Below, one piece after another: positions 1 to 11,363 of a stretch of DNA of 64,000 nt. The position numbers were made by a program, and so were the translations under genes. How positions within the stretch are numbered: the first letter of the stretch is position 1; the number at the start of each line of letters is the position of its first letter. The DNA lies in NCBI GenBank assembly GCA_048013815.1, contig CM106585.1:6448001-6512000 (forward strand), read 5' to 3'. The stretch comes from Setoptus koraiensis. Its lineage: Eukaryota; Animalia; Arthropoda. The notes under the pieces were generated by a model. The model was given only the letters and a program-made list of their open reading frames with translations, did no database searches and was not told the DNA's origin.

Positions 1-1233
1 CATTTTAACTAACATTGTGATAGGCACCATAAACTTTTAACATGCAATTTAAGGACCCTCTTCTCACAAGAGAGGCACAGATATATTTCGCACAAAATCA
101 GGATGTTCGGATTCATGTATGTAAAACTCGTACTCCAGTCTGGAAGAGTTCTATAGAGTGGAATTCCGCGTAGCACTCAATCGATAGATAAAAAAACAAG
201 ATTCTTCGAGATGTTCTTGAATTATCCACCACATAGTGGTCACTATTCATATCCGGAATGGAAAATGCACTCTGTAGCTCTGCGATCATGAGCGATCCAC
301 TTGAAATATATCGACTGTAGAATGACGGCTCCGACAAATTGTCAGATATCTTATCAGACAGTAGTCATGCAGTCTTCTCTCTACTGCCTACAATCGAAGT
401 AATCTGCGATATCTTACGTCAGTGATAACGAGGATATCTGTACTTCCAATTGTTTCCTTACAAGTTGGTCTGGTTTTTCACCCCTTCTGGTTGATTCCCA
501 ACGGCCAAAGGTTTAAACTTTGCACTTTTATAGTTTAGCGCAATGATTGTTGCTCGTGGACTGTTCACAGATCGAGAGATGCTAATCTATAGTGGTACTC
601 AAACGACACTGACCACAATTGAAAAGATCATCGTTCAATGAGAATTCTATTTCATCAGTCTAAAAATCTGAAGCATAATCTATGTTCAACTCTCGGTCAA
701 GCTTGACATTCTGAAAGGCTGACAGAAAGACTCGTTGCAATCACTGTTTTAGTTGTCAGGCGGGAGACTTCTCCCGCCTTTCAGCTCCCTCTGGATTTCC
801 TGAGCTCCTCCGATCACTGCACTTTTTCGTTTCAAAGTTGGCGCGAACTCAATTTGACTCATTGCGCACGCGTATAGAATCGACCGGTGAGGAGGCGTGG
901 CAGTGTAGAGCATTCAAAAAGACTTCCGTCTTCCAAGCACAGCAAGCATGAGGTTTGCATAGAGTAACCACGTTGAGTGTTGGTCGTCTCATTTCTTTCG
1001 CCATCATTATATCACGACAATTTATCCAATTATTTAATGTTTCCTGGACATATTCGCATATATATATATATATTTGACCTCTCCATTTGAGATTCTCTGA
1101 TAGACCGATGAATATTAGCCTGCCTGGTGAAACTAGGAGATCAATAGAACACACCAAGACAACTAAGTAAAGAAGCGACAAATATCTATTGTGGTAATCG
1201 ACGTAAAAATTCACCACCTACACCAATCACAAT

Positions 1234-1824
1234 ATGCCTCGTGTTCCAACAGTACACAGTAAGACCTATGTTACCCCTAGACGTCCTTATGAAAAAGAAC
1301 GTCTCGATCAGGAATTGAAACTAATTGGTCAGTTCGGACTTCGTAACAAGAGAGAAGTATGGAGAGTCAAATACACTCTGGCAAAGATCCGTAAGGCTGC
1401 TCGTGAACTTCTTACATTGGAAGAGAAGGATACCAGACGTTTGTTTCAAGGTAACGCATTGTTGCGTCGTCTTGTCCGAATTGGTGTGTTAGACGAGAGC
1501 AGGATGAAATTGGATTACGTCCTTGGTCTGCGAATTGAGGACTTTCTAGAGCGCCGTCTACAAACTCAAGTGTTCAAACATGGTCTAGCTAAGAGTATAC
1601 ATCATGCCCGTGTTCTTATCAGGCAGAGACACATTCGCGTTAGGAAACAAGTTGTTAACGTACCATCGTTTGTTGTTCGATTAGATTCTGAGAAGCACAT
1701 AGACTTCTCATTGAACTCACCATTCGGTGGTGGTCGCCAGGGACGTGTAAAGAGGAAGAATTTACGTAAGGCGGCAAGTGGCGAGGGTGCCGGTGGGGAT
1801 AATGCTGATGATGAAGAAGAGTAA
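1234..1824 (+). CDS. RpS9: 40S ribosomal protein S9 (uS4), intronless
   Basis: 196-aa ORF with hallmark motifs [37 protein letters not shown] and [32 protein letters not shown]. Confidence 0.99.
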   Translation: MPRVPTVHSKTYVTPRRPYEKERLDQELKLIGQFGLRNKREVWRVKYTLAKIRKAARELLTLEEKDTRRLFQGNALLRRLVRIGVLDESRMKLDYVLGLRIEDFLERRLQTQVFKHGLAKSIHHARVLIRQRHIRVRKQVVNVPSFVVRLDSEKHIDFSLNSPFGGGRQGRVKRKNLRKAASGEGAGGDNADDEEE

Positions 1825-2386
1825 ACTAATGAAAGTGAAAATCATTTGATATGAATATACAATAATTAAAGCTGTAATAGACACTGGCAATGACTAGTTT
1901 GACCGTACGATTTATCATCGCGAACATCACATCCCCATGAGAAAATATGTGCACTATTTTGCTTATCTTTCCATGGTGTGTTGTCCGTCTGTAAATTGTA
2001 CGTAGGACATCATTGTGATTCTTTACAGATTAACATAATCGACTCCAACTATACGTTCATAGTTATTTTTGGTCCTCACTCAACCAAGAACTACATATTA
2101 CACAATTCCAAGATGGACTGTCAAATGAAATCGTCTGTGATAGTGGCATGCCACATTAATATGCTGAAGCAACAGTTTCGGGTGCTGCAAGACTCAATCA
2201 ATTTTAGTTTATCTGAAATATGAAACTTATTACAAGAAAGAATATAGATCCTATATGCCTCATGGGTATATAATAAGCCTTTGGCGCCTTTCAATTAATC
2301 TTCTTCGTGCTTACAATACTAATGGTTCGGTCGCTAAAGCATCGTTAGAGCTTATAAGAGCTTCTCTGATAGGCTACTAAACGCAA

Positions 2387-3333
2387 TTATAACTCATCTT
2401 TCTTGGCTTTCTTGGCTTTCTTCATACTTTTCACCATCTGTTGATCGACTAGATACTCTCCAAGCGAAGAACCGTCAGAGCTCTCTGCTCCTTGAAGAAT
2501 TGTCAACCAGGTATATAGCTCGTTGATGGATTCCACTTGTTCCGTGAAAAATTTGCCTTCAACGAAATCAATGAGATGCCAATCTTGACATTTCTGTTCG
2601 GCAACATTGTGCAGGTGATGGAGCTTAGCATATACGGTTTTTTCCAATTTAACTGCATCGTCCAATGCATGTTTAACATTGTCCCATGAGTTTGAAGGTG
2701 ATACCTGAGCGCCGACGGTGCCAACGGTACCATTACGTTGGTTGACATAATCGACTAGTAGTTGCGCGTGGCCATACTCCTCCTGCGATTGATGCCTAAA
2801 GAAATCGCCGAATCCTGGACGAGCTCTGCGCGGGTTGTTGAAATGGCCAGCCTAAGTTCGGTGTGATAGATCGGAGGAATTTTAGATTATATTGACAGGA
2901 TTCAAAATGTACCCAGAGAGTCTTAGAAATGCGACATACCATATTCATATAGACCATACTAGCGTGGAGTTCCTCATTGATTTGTTCGTTCAAAGCTTCC
3001 AGACATGAATCATGCAATTCATAGAAGTCTAGTATGGGCTTCTTTACACCTGAATTTATGAAGTTATCAATGATATCGCCACCATAGTGCGGCACATGTT
3101 TTAATATGGATATTGGACCAGAATTTTGAGAAGAGTCTGAACTGGTGTAAGATTACTGAGATGAAGCTTTAGACTGCGATGCTATCACACCAAAGTTGTG
3201 ACAGCGCGTTAAACAGATCAATCATGTCTACATCCCATCTGAATAGTATCAACTTACCCTCACTTGTCGTTAACATCACCAAAGCTAAAGCTATTGTGAT
3301 ATTCACCAATCCTTGCTTCAATAGAGAGGTCAT
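2387..3333 (-). CDS. Secreted-type ferritin, 3 exons (3333-3258, 3136-2940, 2851-2387), ~245 aa, C-terminal KDEL
   Basis: Exon 1 encodes a signal peptide (MTSLLKQGLVNITIALALVMLTTSE) followed by GTAAGT. GT/AG introns join it in frame to NEQINEELHASMVY, QSQEEYGHAQLLVDYVNKRNG, LEKTV and FTEQVESI, which carry all H-chain ferroxidase residues. Confidence 0.93.
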
Positions 3334-4018
3334 TTTGATTGCTTTTTGAAATATTATTAAGATATTTTCTCCTTTGGCACTGTTATAAGGTTCTCAAAAT
3401 TCGCAATCTGATAAATATAGGAACACTAAGGCAATGTATGGTGATCTAGACTCGGTGGATGAAATAGTGGATCTAGATTTATACTATTCAATAAAATAAA
3501 GTATCTACGATCTAGTTCTGATGCTATAGCGCGATACTTTTAACATGTCTGATGATACAATAATTGGATTTAAGACGAAAAGAAAAAGTGCTGATGACTC
3601 TAGTTTTGCCGATAGTAGAGCTATCTTGGCGGATCACGCAGTTGACACAAAGTAATTATCGATCAATTGGATACTTATAATAGTTGATAGCATTAGTACT
3701 AATCACTATCGATTTATGTGGTAAGTTCAATGAGGGAAATCAACACTATTTACAATTTGCTATAGTACTTGTGTATACAATACATGGGCGGTATCATGAT
3801 CTGCATGTGCGAGAAGACTCATTAAGACGTCAATTGATTGATTGATAGAACCTCATATCAACAGTCGTTAGCAGACATCTAGAACAGACTCGTTGTTGAT
3901 ACAAATTTGATTAAGATCACCAAGATAACAGATAAGTTCGTGAACGCAGAAAGTTTTAGTTGATCCTTTCAATCACAGTCAATGTTAAGTGAAGAGCAAA
4001 CAAGTTGGAAATATCAGT

Positions 4019-4441
4019 TTAGTCGGCGTCCATGGCTTCATCTTCAACTTGGCCTCCATCTGTTGTATCTACAGTTTGGTCACCAGACGCGTACTTTCGA
4101 AGATATTCATCATCCGCCCAAATAGGTTTGGTGGATCCTTCTTTGATTCGCATGGGTTTGGCAAGACTAACTCTCACTGTTTTACCTAAAATTTCACCAT
4201 TGTCCATATTGTCAATTGCATCTGAAGCGTCCTCAGGTGCCTGGAATTCAACAAACGCAAATCCACGATGCTTCTGGCTCGCATAATCTAGAGGTAAGCT
4301 AATATCTATTATGTCTCCAAAAGGTTCAAACGACGACTTGAGCATGCTGGCGTCCACATCTTCGGCCAGTCCTCCGACGTAAACAGTCTTCTTGGTACTT
4401 GAATGATGTGCATCGCCAATAAGACTGTTTGACATATTCAA
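4019..4441 (-). CDS. PPIE: PPIE/Cyp33-like protein, RRM only (no cyclophilin domain)
   Basis: [14 protein letters not shown]...[27 protein letters not shown]...NLAKP-equivalent [23 protein letters not shown] matches the PPIE N-terminal RRM; the ORF stops after an acidic tail. Confidence 0.9.
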   Translation of the reverse strand: MNMSNSLIGDAHHSSTKKTVYVGGLAEDVDASMLKSSFEPFGDIIDISLPLDYASQKHRGFAFVEFQAPEDASDAIDNMDNGEILGKTVRVSLAKPMRIKEGSTKPIWADDEYLRKYASGDQTVDTTDGGQVEDEAMDAD

Positions 4442-5855
4442 ATGTTTAAATATTGTGTGTCAACTATGAATATTAAATATCGTTAAAAATAGTATCAACA
4501 ATAGCACTTTAGAGTGGTTGTGGGAATGTTGAAGCAACAATAAATTCGACTGGCGAAGCGATTTTCTGTACGCGCACAATTAGTTGAGGCCAAATCTAAA
4601 TGAACATCATGTTTTGAAATCGACCAACTCACATGACACACAAACAATATGAGCGATATTTTACGCAAAGCAGAAAATTTATAACTGAACACCTTGTTGG
4701 TCACACTATTGATTGGCATGAGAAAAAAAAGTGTGAGTGTTCAAAGATAAGTGTGCCGTGCGTACCACAAACATCATGTGCAGATTCTTTGTTGTTGGAG
4801 CTGTTTAGTTCCACACATCCATCCCCCGCAATAGTTGTTCTAAAATCATGGAATGAGTGTTAGCGCAGCCATTATCTAATATTATTTCTTGAATGTTCCA
4901 CCAGGGATCACTTCAAGTTTGTCGTTAATGTTAGAATGCCTTGGCTTTGTTTGGCCTTCTTTTTCTCCATTGCCTCGAATTTTCAGTTGACTCAAGTTTG
5001 TAGCTTTACTACGCAAGCAAGTAAGGCATCGCTAGGATGCACACAGAAGTTTTACTGGGATGAATGTTGTATCGATAGCCACAGTAAGTGCTAGTATAAT
5101 GTAAGTCACAATCGACCACTCTGAGTTGAGGCTGGTTCCCATTCAGAGTATGTTTCTTGAAATCGAATAGCGCCTCGGGCGGAATTGCTCACAACTGAAA
5201 AGAATACGTTATTGGTGGTGTGGCTCATACTCGGTGCTATAGAGTCTGAGGTCCAGAGAAGAAAGCAGACGAGCATTTGCAGTGTTGCAGGCTATCCGAA
5301 TTGAGCACACAAGTACATTGTACATGATATAACTTACGAGGCACAGCGAGCCGCCCTCAAACATGAATAATGTGCGCTGCGCTTTAGAACGTTACTCACT
5401 TCTGTCCTAGTTTGTGTGAAGATTGAATGCATGGAGATGAGCTGGCGATGCACATTTCGTAATCTCAAAGTTGAGTCTGTGCGCGCTTCCACGCAAAGAG
5501 AGTTGAATGTAGTCCCGAACGACGCCCAAAGGGAGCGTTATTGTGCTCAAACGATAAACTGTGTATCGAGTGGAAGCAATACGGACACTTCGAGCGCCGC
5601 CTTCAGAGGAATCGGCGAAACTCGGCAGCTCAACTAAAGCAAGAATGCAATGTGAAAGGTGTGTGTACGCTTGCTTGCTATTAACTGACACCCCATATAA
5701 CATTTTCCGCTACTCACACGCACAGAGTCAGATGAGAGAGTCCACATATGCTGTTGCAATCAACCGCATTTTGTCTATGGTGCGAAAGGTAAAACAGGCT
5801 CTATTATGTTCCACTGTGGCTGTGCCGCAACTCACAACGAGAGAAAGACTGTGAG

Positions 5856-5857
<2 letters not shown>

Positions 5858-5926
<69 letters not shown>
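5858..5926. repeat. Compound (TG)n(AG)n microsatellite
   Basis: Directly visible ~43-nt TG run followed by a ~26-nt GA run. Confidence 0.97.
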
Positions 5927-5927
<1 letters not shown>

Positions 5928-7622
5928 TATATAGGATGACACAGACATACACACGAACGCACAGACAGACGAGCTTGCACAAATAGCCAGAAACTAGAAC
6001 AGACATACATACACACACATATACAGACGGGGTCACACTCACACACTTATGCGAACGCAAGCAGTACAAACAACGGGAATGGTGATTGTGTTCGATAAAG
6101 CGAGCGAACATGAAGACGACGGCTTAATTTAAAGATTCTCTCTCACTCTACATTCTATACATCATCTTCACCTATTGATAGCTTATATGTGGCACGATAG
6201 AAACCATTGGATTTAGAATGCTCCAATTATTTATTTTTGTTTTTATATCCACAATTATACATACATTTACATTAGCATTATGAATGAATTGCTTATACAA
6301 TAGAAAACAACAACATTAACAACAACAACAATTGCGATAATAATAATAATATTTTTGCATGAGCAGCGCTGGCATCATTTGGATCATCTTATGGTCGCTC
6401 ACTATTATTGACATTATTTTATTAATGCCATCTCCCTTTTGGAGTAGTTGTATGGAACATAGAAGACAAACCTATCTAGATACTAAATCAAATTAATCGT
6501 CCATATCACTGCCGTCTTATATTCCTAGAAACAACTAACCAAAAAAAGCAATTTGGATCAATCACAACTACCAAAAAACAGCAATTCTTTCCTACCGATT
6601 AGCGTAAATTGAAGCACATCCGGATTAGCTTTTGAATTGCCAGATGTGCACGCGAATGTACCGAATTACTAATTAACAAATTTGATAACTATTATATTGC
6701 TATTTATTCGACTGTTCAAGATTCAACACATCCTAATACATATAGACTTCGATGCATTACTGTCTATGATTTCCTAACACTAGTTCCATCTTGATTGCTT
6801 TTGCATTGCAACACGGCACTATTGACTCACACACACATACACTGTTCGGCAAAATTCTATTTAAATCTATCATCTCATCTAGATAAAAGTTGGATGCATC
6901 AGATGATTTATGACTTGACCGACATTATCCAACCAAAGTTTCCGTCGCCCGTCACTGCCAACCAATCTCAGGATGACATCTAAACTATTGAGATTAGGTA
7001 CGCGCATACCAATTATGTCCATTAAGCATAATTTTACATAGTGGTTCGAACCACCAACTATCATGTATTGTGACCTAATCAAAAATTAAATACACAGCCA
7101 CTAGGACTTCCATCAAAGGTACTTCCATATTAGCAAAATCACCATCGTGAAAAACTTTTCTACAACAATTCAATGTTGCCATTTAACAACATTGATCATT
7201 GATACCTACCTATTATTGTAGTCTACACTATTATCAATTTCAACAGCAAATATCGATTAAGTTGTTTAATTTACACAACTTAACTATCTATATCGCTATA
7301 TACACAAACAGGCCAATATATCAAGCTGGTCATAGTTAATAATATATTAGATTGAATATTATCTGTCGATTTCATATGCAAACATACTACAATGATGATC
7401 TCAACGTAATCAATTCATCGAGCACGCCAACTTAGCCAACAATTATCATATTAGAGATCGATACAGATCAAGAAGCTCAATTTTGTCATGAACTTTTCTT
7501 TTTCAAACATTTTGCACTATTAGCACATCAAATTCGACTAGATATATTTACACTTATACACTACTAGCTCATGCTTTCATGGGCAATGATTTGATTTAGA
7601 TTTTAAATCAATTTATATTCAG

Positions 7623-9730
7623 GAAGTATATACCTCATCAAAATTACTAGGCTGCATTCTATGCGCCAAACAGGTACACTAAAGATAATTTGCAACTATT
7701 TACAAAAGTTTTGAAGGAGCCGATCCTTTAGATAACAGAACAAATTATGATTGACCAATTGAGCAAAATACCTATCGCCAACAGTAAACTGATTGATGTC
7801 GATCATCATCCTTTAGGATATCCGAGTATAGTTGCTGGGCAAACTATACCGACTTCATATCCGTCCGCCCCAAAACCAGCGCTTAGCCCAGATAGACTGA
7901 ACCCACCAACACCCAGCATTCTTGTAAGTGAAAGGAGAACATTTTTCCACAACATCCCGCGGTCTCTCTGAATATCTTACTAAAATATCTTTTTTTACGC
8001 ATTTCTCACATATTAGGTTGAAAACCAGGCCGAAGCATTCTCCCTTAAACTGCAACAATTCTGTATTGACAACCCGATTGCTGTCATAAGAAATATATCA
8101 CGAGTCCTAAACCTTGATCTCAGTTTATTCTCCACTAAAACTCTTGTTGAGGCGAATGCAGATCATGACATCGAGGTTAGAACTCAACTTCAGCAACCTT
8201 CGGATGAGAACTGGGATGCAGAAAAGACAAAAATGATCTGGCGATGCGAGAGTCATCGATCCCACACAACAATAGCAAAGTATGCTAATTATCAGGCAAC
8301 CTCCTTTCAAGAATCTCTACTGAAAAGCGACCCAGCAACCGACAACAAAACTTCCTTCAATGGAAAACATTGCAAGAAAGAATCATCTACTCAGAAAGAC
8401 AAAAACAAACCTCCTCCCTCGCTAATGTCTCCTAGAGAAAATTCGGACACCGATTCTAATGGGTCTGGTCCAGGTACTTCTCAATCATCTACATCGTCCA
8501 AGATCCTGAGAAGATTCAAGAAAAACACCCATTTCAATGTAGTTAAATTTGGTACTAACGTTGACTTGTCAGACGAGAAAAAATGGAAAGCTCAATTACA
8601 AGAGCTAGAAAAGTTACCAGCTTTCGCCAGAGTCGTCTCAGCATCTAATATGCTAAGTCATGTTGGTCACTCTATATTTGGTATGAATACAGTGCAATTA
8701 TACATGAAAGTACCCGGTTGTCGCACTCCAGGTCATCAAGAAAACAACAACTTTTGCTCGGTGAATGTAAACATTGGGCCAGGGGACTGTGAATGGTTCG
8801 GCGTACCGGAGGAGTATTGGGGTGAAATGGCAAAGCTGTGTGTAGAAAACGGTACGAACTTTGTTCATGGATCATGGTGGCCTAATCTCGTAGATCTTAA
8901 GAAAAATAGAATCCCTGTATACAGATTTATACAGAAACCAGGCGATTTCGTCTGGGTCAATACAGGAACAGTTCATTGGGTGCAAGCTATTGGCTGGTGT
9001 AATAATATAGCCTGGAATGTCGGACCACTTACCAGCAAACAATATAGTCTCGCCATAGATCGTTACGAGTGGAATAAAGTAGAAAAGTTCAAATCTATCG
9101 TACCTATGGTTCATCTTACGTGGAACTTGGCTCAGAACATCAAAGTGCATGACGAGGCTTTATTCCGATGGCTAAAGTGAGTAGAATGCAACCGGATTTT
9201 TTCATGTTTTGATTTTTCTCAATTGAGATCTAAAAGTAGAATGTTTTTCTTTATCGTTTTTTTTCGCAGGGATTATATGATGCGAACGCTGGTTTACTGC
9301 CAAAAAGTTGTGGACTTTGTACGAAAATGTGATCATGAGATTAAGTGGCGCGGAAGAGCAAAAGATGACCTCTCACATTATTGTGCGACTTGCGAGGTAA
9401 GCATTTCAGAGTTTCTTTTCAATTCAACATAACCATTTCTTTTTCATTAATTTTAATCAACTATGAACTTTTTTCTACCTAAATTTATTTCCCGATATAT
9501 GTGTCGATCATCATTTCCCGCCACAGTTTGAAGTATTCAATATTCTTTTCGTTAAAAGTTACGACAAAAAGTTCGTAGTTCACTGTGCCGAGTGCGCCTT
9601 CAAAATGAGTCCAACACTGGACAACTTTATCATATTACAGGAATACGATCTCAATCAGTTGTTCGAGATCTACGACAACTTCAGGGTCATTGAAACAAAA
9701 CCGAGAATCACTGGAAGCCATCCTTGCTAG
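7623..9730 (+). CDS. KDM6A: KDM6/UTX-family H3K27 demethylase (JmjC plus C-terminal Zn-binding domain); exons ~7623-7673, 7732-7923, 8017-9176, 9270-9396, 9527-9730; 5' end unresolved
   Basis: LNPPTPSI|VENQAEAF...[39 protein letters not shown] and [21 protein letters not shown] (HxE...H Fe ligands), then YCATCE|FEVFNILFV...HCAECA. All introns are GT-AG and in phase; the first small exon is tentative. Confidence 0.93.
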
Positions 9731-10049
9731 TCTCTACACAATCGACTTAATAATCGCGACCCACTGTCGGGCTGATAACACAAAATCACTTATAGCAATG
9801 TCAACTATATAATAAAGTGGGCATTAACAAGTCTAAACGGGTATATGTAACGTAAATTTATACATTTGTACATAAATTTGTACGAAGATTTATATGTAAA
9901 ATGTTTTGGCACATGATTGTTGGCGCACGTGTGTGACCGTATGAAAATCTTGTATAAATTTTATCTAGAACTCATATAATCAGTTTCATGAACGCCTAAA
10001 ATAAGAATCCTCTAGTTATCACCAATCAAGCGGACATTCGGTGAACTAT

Positions 10050-10294
10050 TGTCTCTGAATCGAAGAATAATATTTTTCTATCATGGAATCATATGAGTAT
10101 GGGTTTTGTAGGATCCAGATTCCAGCAGCGATTATCAACATTGTCTTCCACAGTTGATATTTGCTGTATGCATCGCTGTATGGCCTTGGAGCTAGTTGCG
10201 GACGTTAGTTGTGGTTCGTCAAATTCACGATTTTCCAATGAGTAGATTACAAATGGTGATTGGGAAACTGCGGAACTCTCTGGGCGTAGATTGT
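10050..10294 (-). pseudogene. Inverted partial duplicate of the APBB coding sequence (matches 11812-12056)
   Basis: The reverse complement aligns ungapped over 245 nt with 14 mismatches (~94%), including a CGA>TGA nonsense change. Confidence 0.93.
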
Positions 10295-11363
10295 ATAATA
10301 AATTAATATTATTTTAAAAAATTCGAGTCCCATCAGATAGTACGCTTTATAGATTTGGACGTGAAATCCCTGGTGGGAGGCGCAGTTTAGTCTCAAGCAC
10401 GTACGCACTAATCGCTGGTGAACAGCTCGTGTTTGGTTGACATTGTGTTCTCTGGTCGGTTCGACTTCGCTCGCATACTAGCAAATCAATGGAGGTGCGA
10501 CCGATCATCTGGTTATTGTGTATCTATAATAAACTGTGCAGACAGTTGAGAAATCATTCCAAACCCTATTGGTACAATTTCTATAGCTACAATAACGGAC
10601 TAAACAGTTATTTAGCACAAAAGCGAGTTTTCCTTGATTGATAGCTCTCGGTTACATATTGCAGCTACATTAGATATCCAACCCGAACAAACTAGTCTGA
10701 CGAGAAAGGCCACACAATTACAGTCACAGGTAGAAGTTCTGAATTCGACACCCACGCAACATCTTAACTGGGTACCTTATTAGGCATGTCATCTTCTTTG
10801 CAAGAAGATTAAGTAGTTCTGTTATATATACAAGTTTTAATGCATTTGTGTCCAGGCAACACCAGATGATAGGAAAATCTACTCAACTAGATCAATAGAT
10901 TATTAGTTAATGGTTATGATATACACAATGCTGATATTGCTGACACTAGAACGAAAAAATAACTGGCCTTCACATTAGAACGGATTCAGCATTTCATCTT
11001 TCCGAAGGATTGGCCCGTTAACTATTGATCCCCCAAATCATAGGCAAACTAAAATTCAGCGAATACTCACCATAGTGTCCGTCGTTCATTTGGACGAGTC
11101 AGATATAATTCACAACAAAAACAAGGAGGGGTGGTAGACTGGAAATTGAAAATAACTAAATTTGCACAGTTTCTTATCTGGTGACTGCTAATCAATAAGA
11201 CAATGTAAGATCTTGCATTAGATGCTCAGCATAGCAAATGTAATCAAGAGACTTTGAGAGATAGCTGCAGATTGAGACAATATCGAGATATATCTTACAT
11301 CTAATCTAATAACGCTCAGACTAGATTACACCACACAATAGCTCATAAAAACAACCGCCAATA

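Noticed and set aside
910-948. Minus-strand CLLCLEDGSLFEC resembling a PHD finger start
   Set aside because: The fourth Cys and the His are absent, the frame stops shortly after, and no splice path is evident.
849-1217. 122-aa minus-strand ORF opposite the RpS9 promoter
   Set aside because: Non-ATG start, crosses an AT microsatellite, and has no recognisable motif.
3371-3390. CAGTGC upstream of the ferritin ATG (possible iron-responsive element)
   Set aside because: The flanking bases do not form the 5-bp upper stem with a C bulge; only a 4-bp stem around a 12-nt loop.
3545-3845. Possible small spliced plus-strand gene with a hydrophobic segment (LVLITIDLCVLVYTIHG)
   Set aside because: Exon phases only join with a very short intron or weak sites, and no family is recognisable.
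4860-5700. Short ORFs and donor-like sites on both strands between PPIE and KDM6
   Set aside because: I could not build a consistent, recognisable gene model.
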